Source: Eledone cirrhosa (lineage: Eukaryota). From it: 64,000 bases of DNA. Shown one piece after another: positions 54,311 to 64,000 of this stretch (the first letter of the stretch is position 1; every line of letters starts with the position of its first letter). Below the pieces are notes generated by a model. The model saw only the letters and a list, made by a program, of their open reading frames with translations. It was not told the DNA's origin and ran no database searches. The DNA lies in contig OZ024740.1 of NCBI GenBank assembly GCA_964016885.1, positions 178,498,001 through 178,562,000 on the forward strand. The letters are read 5' to 3'. Both the position numbers and the translations under genes were made by a program.

Positions 54311-56670
54311 ATCTCTCTTTAGGATTTTTCAGATCACGAGAAGCAAGCAAGGGAGTAAACTCGAATATTCAGGACTGATCTGAGGCTTTGGAAATAATTT
54401 TAGAAAATGCAGTGTAAGAACACCATTCCTATAAGCCAAACTGGTGAAGGCAACGGACATATTTCCATTTTATTAGATGTCCTCGGAGAAACATTCTCGT
54501 ATAACAAGTTTGCTAGAATAGAGGCTAATCAAATATATAGGAAAGGTAAAATAAATAAAGCCTGAATGAAGAGCCTTACATTAAATGAAGGGAATGTTGC
54601 CTTTGCTCTGTGTTGACACACCTAATTATTATATAATTTCTTTCTTCTATCGAATTTATTTGGTGGAAAAACATATACTACTTATTCTGTCTGAAAACCA
54701 AAGATTAATGTAGTATAACATAATGCGCAATGCTAATTATTTATTATATTTTTACTAACACTATAGGTTTTTTAATTCTTAATTTTTGAATAATCTCCAC
54801 ATATTGTCTAGTTCATTATTGCAACACATATTTAACATAAGGAAAGAAATCTATGGAGATATAATTTTATGCCTTAAAATAAAGTGAATAGTAAAACATA
54901 AAAAAAAAAACAAAAAAAAACTATCAAACAAGGATAATGTAATTTACGTTTACTTCGACAAATAGTCTGAAGCATCTGAGACAAAATTTCACATTTCTCA
55001 TGTGTTGAATGCGTTTATAGCGAGGGCCATTAAGTATCTTTAGTTTTATTTGTAGGATATCTCAAAGCGCCTTCTTGTTATTATTGTTATAGCGTCAGAC
55101 ACCATGCTTTGCAGCTTAGAGTTATGTCCCTTTAAGTTCTGATTTCAAATCCTGCTGAGGTTAACTTTGCTTTTCATCTTTACGGGGTCGATAAAATAAA
55201 GTACCAGTCACGGACTGGAGTAATTAGTAGCTTTTGCCAAAAGAAAAAAAATTATTATTATTATTCCAGGTAGGTTCGTGAATAAATTCCTCAAACACTT
55301 CTTCTCCCTGCGGGCCCTGTCAGAAACAACCGTCTACAATTGATCCGGCTAGATCCCCAAGAGGGACAAACCGATCTCATGGATGTTAAAAGAATAAAAG
55401 CATCTTGCAAATTCCACAATCCTTAGGGTGTTTTCGGAGTTGTGCTTCATACACACATGATACATTTATGCAGGGTATATATTTTCAGATATATATGCCA
55501 ACTGATATACAAATTCTTCAAACGTTTGCCGACACTTATTGCATACCAGCAAAATGTTATTCCTTACTTGCAATGATGTCAGAATAAGTATATCTATTTA
55601 CTGATGATGTGTCTATTCTTTTGTTTTTTTTTCCTTTTCATTATTTGATGTAATGCCATTTACACGTGGCAGCTATTTCAGACAGCTTGTATTGCTACAG
55701 AAATATGGGTTGTTTTAATGTTGGGTTGTATTTTAGTATTAATATCGAAATTGTATTCACATCAATATACTCTGGTCTCATTTAATATTATATAACACAT
55801 TTTATGTTTAGTTAATATTTAGTTATCTAATTCTTATTCTAGTCTCTTCACATGTTACGATGTTGAACTGGTTAATACAAATGGCAAAAGCTAGACCGTT
55901 TGTATATTGAGGCGACATGAACGAATATCTAATAAAAATGCTGTTATTGTAAAGTTGCAAGCAAAAACGAAAACAGAGCTAAGTTTTATGCGAGCTCATA
56001 TGAAAATAATCCAATAAAATTGTATAGCATTGGATATCTAACGTAATTGTAACAGTAAAACTGGAAAACATACAAGTAGAGACACGAACATGTCTTAACA
56101 CAATTCTTTATCTGTAATATCCTTCTAGTACGGGAGCCACACTAAGATGGCAAACGTATTTATATTATCGTATTGTGAAACTAAATTAAGTGGTCTAAAA
56201 GCGAAGATTTTCTGTCATAAGCAGAAAAACCTATAAAAAATAAAACAACAATATATTCAATTGAAACAACCGCAATATTTTACGTTGTCCATCTCAAAAG
56301 TCAGAATTATGTATTGATCATAAGAATATTTAAATGCATTACAGCGTTCTGTCCGGTTGTTTGAGACCCGGGTGTAAACACAGTGTCTGTATTAATATCG
56401 GATCTTTGATTTTATATTTTGAATCAGAAGTGTGCAACACACTCATAGACACAGTCTCTTTCTCTCACACACATATGCGCGCACACACATATAAACACGC
56501 ACGCACACACTCATACACACACACACGCACACACATCCACCCACACACACCCACACAAACACACACAGAATTATATATATACACTGAGATTTATATATAT
56601 ATATAACTGCAAATGTGCCTCCTGTATTTTGTATGTATCATTTATAATATATATAACTATATATAATGTA

Positions 56671-56712
<42 letters not shown>

Positions 56713-56872
56713 AACAAGTAAGACCCCTTACTTGTTCCTATTACCCACTATACTACCCTAAGTATTGAGTACTTTGGTGCGTTATGGTCCACCTGGTTCC
56801 TTACCACATTTCCTTCGTTATATATATATATATATAGATTACAATAATCAAAGTTCAGTTTAAATCATTTAT

Positions 56873-56921
56873 TTGCTTACAATTGTTTCCTCCAAACCGA
56901 GGTTTGGATTCTTCAGAGCAA
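56873..56921 (-). ncRNA. Hammerhead in the Naiad-3 inverted pLTR
   Basis: UUGCU-CUGAAGA-A UCCAAACC uc GGUUUGGA G-GAAA CAAUUG UA-AGCAA. Confidence 0.8.
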
Positions 56922-56950
56922 CTATTTAGTGATCTATAACATACTTGACC

Positions 56951-59312
56951 TATAACTCCTTTATCAATAGAGTGAGATGGAGGACATTCCATTATGATAA
57001 AAACAAATCTAGCAAGGATAATAATACCAACAAATTTGACTCCTTCGGCTTTAAAACCTTTAGAAGCCCCCCTCATAACACACTACTAAACCACTTCGAA
57101 AATGACCAAATAAAACTAGTTAAGAATATTAAATACAAAAAACACCGTAATAAAAACAACACCTTCTTAAACAAACTTAGCACCTCTATTAATGATTTCA
57201 AAACTAGTAGTAAAATGTTTGTACATGCCGACAAAACTAATAACATATACAGCCTAGATTATAATACTTATAGAAAGTTTATATATAATGAACTACATAA
57301 AAGCTACAAGAAAACCACTATGAAAAACTTAGAAGATATTAATATGGAAGGCTATAATATAGTATCCAAACTAGGGCTCCAGAGACATACACAACCTTAT
57401 ACCCCAAACGCCCCTAGATTCTCTCTGAAGGACCATAAGGAGGACTTCATTAGCAACCCCTCGATTAGACTCATCTGCCCCTCCAAGTCTGACATTGGCA
57501 TTATCAGTAAAAAAAATTCCAGATAAAATCATCCCACTGATTAAACACAAGATTTACCTTAAACAATGGGGAAATACGGGTGAAGTGATTGAATGGTTCA
57601 AAAATATCAAAGATAGCAAGGATAAAAAATTTATTCAATTTGATATCAATTCTTACTACACCTCTATTTCCCCTATCCTACTAAATAAGGCACTTATAAA
57701 GGCCATGGACAATAGTGACCTGACTAGTCCCCAGATTGATGTCATATTTGCGGCCCGTAAAACACTAATCACCTTTGATGACCAATTATGGACCCGCAAA
57801 GATACGCAAAACAACTTCGACATTACCATGGGGTCTAGTGACTCGACGCAGGTCACTGATTTAGTCGGCCTATATTTACTTAACCAAATCCATAGGGACC
57901 TTCCTTACCTCAGCGGTGGTTTGTATCGCGATGATGCACTTCTACTTATAGATTATAAAAATTTCAATATAGAAAGAACTAGAAAACTATTGCACAAAAC
58001 ATTCAAAAACTATAACCTTAGTATTACCATGGACAAAAACACCAAAAACGTCAACTTCCTAGACGCCACACTCTACCTAGACTCAATGATATATACACCT
58101 TTCCACAAACCTAATGAAAAACTCATCTACGTAGATACCAAGTCTAACCACCCTAGATCTATATTAAACTCTATCTCTATGGAAGTATCTAATAGAATCT
58201 CTAATCTATCCTATGACATAAACACATTTAACAATAACTCGCAGTATTATAATCAGGCATTAGCTAGATCAGGACATAATACAGGGATAGAGTTCCTACC
58301 TACAAAAACGCATAGCTACAACATTATTTCACACAACATGTCCATGGGAAAATGTAATAATAGGAATAGCAACCACACACACACTAATAGAGATGATAAC
58401 AACAAAAGTGACCCACACCACAGAAATTACCATAGTAACATTAATGGAAACAAATCACCGGACATAAAAAACAGAAATAGAAGAAGAAATAATACATTTT
58501 TCGACCCTCCTTTCAATCTAAACGTCTCTACCAACCTACCTAGGGCTTTCTTCTCACTACTGGATAAACACTTCCCATCCGGCCACAGGTACCATAGCCC
58601 TTTAAACAAAAACACTATTAAAATCTCATACTCTACTACGCCTAACTTAGCATACCACATAGCTAGTAGCAATAAAAGAAAAATTAATTCTTACTTCCAA
58701 CAAACTAAATCACAACAGACGATAAACCTTCAAAATAACATTCAAAATAACATTATAGCAACTAACCATAATATCAATAGAAATAATAGTATTAGTACTA
58801 GTGTAAACATTAACGCTGCGAACGACAACCCACATAACCATAACACTATAGCTAACATCCAAACTTCTACACAGCATAGTAACCGGCAGACTAACACCCA
58901 GAATAATTGTAACTCTAGATCAAATAGAACCTGCCCTTTAGATAAAAAATGCTTAACCAAGGATATCATATACTCATGTACAGTCACAACTAACAACTCT
59001 TCTGAAACCTATATAGGCTCTACTTCTAACTGCTTCAAAACTAGATATAATTCGCACCTCCACTCTTTCAAAAAACACAGTCTGACCAACTCCACTTCAC
59101 TATCTAGCTACATACACTATCTAAAAACTAAAAATAAAATATACACACTTAAATGGGAAGTGGTAGGTAGTGCATCATCGTACAAACCACCTAATAAATT
59201 TTGTAACCTCTGTCTACTAGAGACCCATACTATCATCTTCTCTAACCATAATCTCCTTAATAAAAAAATCAGAATTGTTCGCATCTTGCCAACACTCTTT
59301 CCAAAACTTTAA
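56951..59312 (+). pseudogene. Naiad RT-GIY-YIG ORF with homopolymer frameshifts
   Basis: SFINRVRWR, ADKTNNIY, GGLYRDD, IIYSCTV..YIGST, CNLCLLE; frameshifts in A-runs at about 57515 and about 59265. Confidence 0.88.
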
Positions 59313-61125
59313 ACCCTATATATAACAATGTCAGACTGGAACCGTCACCACCCCTAGCAATTAGCATCAGTAGCACACCTCACACCCCATCTCCACACCC
59401 ATTTATATATTCTAAAGGTAATACTGGCAGCATTATAGCACCATCTACCCTGGGGATACCCCCATGTACTTCTAATTCTGATATCTCGGCCGTGGATTAC
59501 TTAAACTGCATTGCACAAGTATATGATTAATATAAACTGTAGACATGGCATTGGTTGTGCTAACATAGTCCTGTGCATGGAGTGCCACCATGAGATAGAT
59601 TGATGATTAAGTAAGTAATCTTATTATTATGTGACTATATATTCTATACGACCAGTACAATGAATTATGCACAGGTGATACATCAGTTAGGAGTCTCTGT
59701 GTTGCTTGATGACCTGACTAGTATCTTTTGATGAGAGAACGGGTCCCCGGACCACCCTGGTGAACTTACCGGGAATGCAGTCATACAATGACCTGAAACT
59801 TGCCGGGAATCTTGTATGATAATAAGACCATTATTAGTAATAAGACCCTTATTAGTAGTGAGACCCTTATAATTATTTTTGTAGTCTGACTCCTCTTATG
59901 GATTGTCCAGGTGTGGCACTCCATATTAGATTGTAATCATCAGGATATGAACCCCTTTAGTACTTATTAACAGACTCCACTCTAATTTGTAGATAAGATA
60001 CCTAATTTAATTTATATATGAGATGGGAGTTTATCTATTGCTTGATGGCCAGACTGGTGTCTTTATATGAGAGATTTGATCTCCAGACCACCCTGGAGAT
60101 ATTCAGATTTACCAAGGACTCAGACATACAATGACCCAGAGCTTACCGGGAGTCACATATAAAATAATAGGACCATGCCAGATCCTGCGGGAGGAATTAC
60201 ACTTACAAAGAACATTGATTTGGTGGTCTGACTCTTCTTATGGAATGTTCAGATATGACACCCCTTAATAGAAGGTAATCATCCTGATATATACACCTTT
60301 AGTACTTCTTAATAGACTACACTGTAACCTATAGATAAGTAACATAATCTAGAAATTACTTATAACACCATATGATAGGCACTTATTTGAAACACCATTA
60401 ATGTAATTTAGGATAATAAGCTAGGAAACCAGCTAGTTACCTCCCCTTACGCATTAATTCCCCTTGGTCATACACACACTTCCGGAATATAGTATCATCA
60501 CACAAAACTAAACAACATGATCTATTAATTAAGAATCGACAAGATACGGTTTATAACTTGGTTATATGCCGAACCATCGTGAATTATATGATAGACCCGT
60601 GGTCTATATATTGCGTCTCATGGATTATGTGAGTGGTGGTGTGCGCGAAGACAGTGGTACTGTTTTGCCTACGATATAATATGTTTTATAATATGTTTGA
60701 TATTTTTGATATTTTTGTGTTTCTCCACATTCGGGACTGTATACCATACAGGTGTATGCGAAAAAATGATTTAATAATTCAGCCCACATAGTAATATCGA
60801 TTGCCTGCTTCAACTGCCTGACCCTGCCAGTAACATTCTGACGCACTCTAATCCTGTATAAATAAGACACGCGTGCATGCTACACGTGAGATTGTTTCAT
60901 ACACTGACTACTCTAAACTTTCCTCTTGCTTTATCTTCATAGACTGCCAATGCTTCATTTTTATTTTTATTTTTATTTTATCTTTATCCTTTAACCTTTA
61001 TATGTAAATTGCCATGCTATATCATTTTGATGGATGTCATCCCACTGTGGATCAATATGTGCATATGTTTTTATATGTCTCTTGTGTTGAAAAGGAGGTC
61101 AAGTATGTTATAGATCACTAAATAG

Positions 61126-61174
61126 TTGCTCCGAAGAATCCAAACCTCGGTTTGGAGGAAACAATTGTAAGCAA
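61126..61174 (+). ncRNA. Hammerhead in the Naiad-3 3' pLTR (U4->C)
   Basis: Same as 56873-56921 except the core reads CCGAAGA. Confidence 0.7.
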
Positions 61175-62187
61175 ATAAATGAGTTAAACTGAACTTTGAT
61201 TATTGTAATCTCTATATAACTGCTCTGTAAAACAACCGATGTTATTACATTGAGCTACTTATCTTACTGGTAATAAGATAGTAATTAATGACTATCTTTC
61301 ACTATTTAGGGTTTGTATAAAAATATATAACCATAAAAGGTTTTATTACATACATAACCATAAATAGTATCCTTAATACTATATATATATATATTTATTA
61401 TTATTACTATATATATATATATATATATGAAGTATTTCCGTAGGGAGGGCAATGGAAGGGAGAGTGTTCTATGTATGCTACAGACCTATTTAATTACGTA
61501 ATAAACAACATAAGAAGTTATGAGTGAGAGTTGGAAATAAAAATTAAAATCCTACATCAAATATCAGAAATTATAAATTAAACAATTAAAAAATTAACAA
61601 TTAGAAATTAAAAGATTTTTCAAGTGAGAATCCGGATTGAGGTGAGTAAAAAAAATATAGATTGAAGTGAGTAAATAATAACTTCTAATGTAAAACCATG
61701 ATACCTAGAATTAAGTTTATTTTCTCTTAGGAGTTGATGGTCAGTCGTACTGTCCACGCTTGGTGAGAGGTAGTATTATGACCTGTAAAAACTAACACGC
61801 TCCCATCCCCTCTGGCTTTCGGCTGACTGCCACAGTCGGGATGGGTAGCAGTAAACTATGGTACAGGCCTAAGTGGGTCATTGTTTGGCTGAGAGGGTAA
61901 ACTGACTAAGCGAATTTCGCTGAAATCTGCGGTAGCTAACGGTCAACTTCCTTCAGACATGCGCCTGCGCAGACCGGTGGGGATGAATTGGTACTCACAG
62001 GGGAACGGATGAAGAACCCAAAAGCACACGCTTCGTCAGTTCCCATGGCGATTCAATTTGGATTGCCTCGGAAACATAACCTTATTATGTAACAAGCTGT
62101 CGGATGATGTCACGACACTCACACACAGAACAGTGTGGCCAGTGTCGTCATTGAAATATATATCACAGCATTATTATTAAAGGACTT

Positions 62188-62350
62188 TCTAGCATATGCT
62201 TTCTAGCATAGAGTTACGTCCCTTTACGGACTGAGTTCAAATCCCTCCAAGGTTAACTTTGCCTTTCATCCTTACGGGGTCGATAAAATAAAGTACCAGT
62301 AATGTACTGGGTAATTGCTGGCCTTGTGCCAAACGTAGAATCAATTATTA
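62188..62350 (+). mobile_element. 5'-truncated SINE with an 18-bp TSD
   Basis: ATTATTATTAAAGGACTT at 62170-62187 and 62344-62361. Confidence 0.85.
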
Positions 62351-62389
62351 TTAAAGGACTTGAACATCTGAAACTACTTCGTTTTCCTT

Positions 62390-62432
<43 letters not shown>

Positions 62433-62763
62433 TTTTACTCTTTTACTCTTTTACATCTTCCAGCCATCCGGCTGAGGCCATGCTGGGGCATCGCCCTTGT
62501 TGCTACACATTTTATCTCAAGCCTGTATTGGTTGGACACTGATGCAAGAGGGAGTTCGTTGCTGCTGCCCCTAGGTTTCCCTCGTGCCTTGCTGTGGGCA
62601 TATATATATATATATATATTTATTAAAATAACAGATTAAAGTTTAAGCAAAGAATCGCTGCTTTCACCACTAAATATTTGCTCTACGGTTCTTATATATT
62701 TGATATATATTTATCCTTATCGAGCCCTCTTTGGATTTTAGTCTTCAAATTTATTATTATTAC

Positions 62764-62832
<69 letters not shown>

Positions 62833-62944
62833 TAAATATATATATATATACACATATATATATATATATATATATATACCTGTATGTATGTGTATGCGTA
62901 TGTATGCGTATGTATGCGTTTGTATGTGTATGTATATGTATGCA

Positions 62945-62987
<43 letters not shown>

Positions 62988-63084
62988 GTGTATATGTGTA
63001 TGTGTGTATGTACGTATATTTATGTGTATGTATGTGTGTGAGTATATGTATATATGTGTGTGGGTAGGTAAATATGTATGTATG

Positions 63085-63174
<90 letters not shown>

Positions 63175-63175
<1 letters not shown>

Positions 63176-63202
63176 TAGCTAAACTATCCGTCCTTTGGAC
63201 GG
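63175..63202 (-). mobile_element. Helitron-like 3' terminus
   Basis: Reverse complement CCGTCC AAA GGACGG hairpin, about 9 nt before CTAG|T. Confidence 0.55.
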
Positions 63203-63461
63203 TTCAAGTAGCTTTCGATGTAGCTCATTAAACTAAACAAAGTAAATTTGAATACATAGAAGAAAAACATACTTCATGTAAACATGAAAACCTTAGGCAC
63301 TATTCCAGCGAAATAATTAATATGTGAGCTCGGTGTCATCCGTTATACCATGTAACATCAGAAATCCAGTCTAGGTATAAATTTTTTTGACAACAGTAAA
63401 AGCGGTTCATGAAATAGAGAAGTGAAGTGAATAATAGACACTATTATGTACATAGGTTGGA

Positions 63462-63615
63462 TGCCATGCTTACCAGCATAGTTACGTCCCTTTACGATCT
63501 GAGTTCAAATCCCGCCGATGTTGACTTTGCCTTTCATCCTTACGGGGTCGATAAAATAAAGTACTAGTAATGCACTAGGTAATTGCTGGCCTTGTGCCTA
63601 AAGTACAAACAATTA
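63462..63615 (+). mobile_element. 5'-truncated SINE with a 19-bp TSD
   Basis: ATTATGTACATAGGTTGGA at 63443-63461 and 63612-63630. Confidence 0.85.
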
Positions 63616-64000
63616 TGTACATAGGTTGGAATAACAATACAGATTGGACATAACAGGGGGGAACTGATGGATGAGTAAATCGTTATAAAAAGAGGTGGAT
63701 GTTGGGTGGGAGCAACATTTGGATTATTGAAGAGCAGATTTATACACAACGTTTTTGGTTTTCCCGTCAGGAGCATACATAAATAGGCTGTCAGGATTAC
63801 CAACTCGAGAACAGCCAACGTAAAACTGACCATGTGAAAAGCAATGGGTTTGAAGATCCAGACAAACAACTTTGAGATTGGCCTTGAGATTTGTTTATGG
63901 TCATTGCAAAACTAGGCTTTTCATGGGAAATGGACAATCAGAGGGGGTAAAGGAAATTCATTTCGCCCGGGTCCTGTGATTATTTCTGCCTCAATTACAA

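Larger units (their letters stand above)
56836..61215 (+). mobile_element. Naiad-clade PLE with inverted 5' pLTR and about 1.9-kb 3' region
   Basis: ORFs 56945-57526 and 57495-59312; 56836-56951 is the reverse complement of 61096-61211. Confidence 0.9.

Noticed and set aside
56945-59312. Selenoprotein (in-frame UGA plus SECIS), known for some Naiad elements
   Set aside because: The breaks I examined in the three Naiad ORFs are frameshifts rather than UGA at Cys positions, and I could not draw a convincing SECIS by eye

Overview
AT-rich, microsatellite-dense animal DNA, either intergenic or a large intron. The repeat repertoire (tRNA-derived SINE, RTE tails, (TA)n/(CA)n tracts) suggests an octopus or other coleoid cephalopod; this is an inference. 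I can support no host protein-coding exon. The window is dominated by at least 6-8 families of Penelope-like retroelements (PLEs, RT + GIY-YIG), most of them inserted in (TA)n tracts with partial-tandem or inverted pseudo-LTRs (pLTRs). Reading by eye finds about 20 type-I hammerhead ribozyme (HHR) motifs from about 10 unrelated families, several with non-canonical cores. The most interesting item is a non-coding, 430-470 bp partial-tandem HHR element present as two diverged members (2594-3270, 17451-18087). Both conserve a TGACTCA-N6-ATGCAAAT (AP-1-like + octamer) cassette upstream of the ribozyme, which makes them a newt-satellite-2/retrozyme-like system. One member is fused head-to-head to an autonomous-type PLE. 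Also present: RTE, CRE, Tc1/mariner and Helitron remnants, and about 15 SINE copies. All structures were read manually; nothing was folded, aligned or searched computationally, and coordinates of degenerate elements are approximate.
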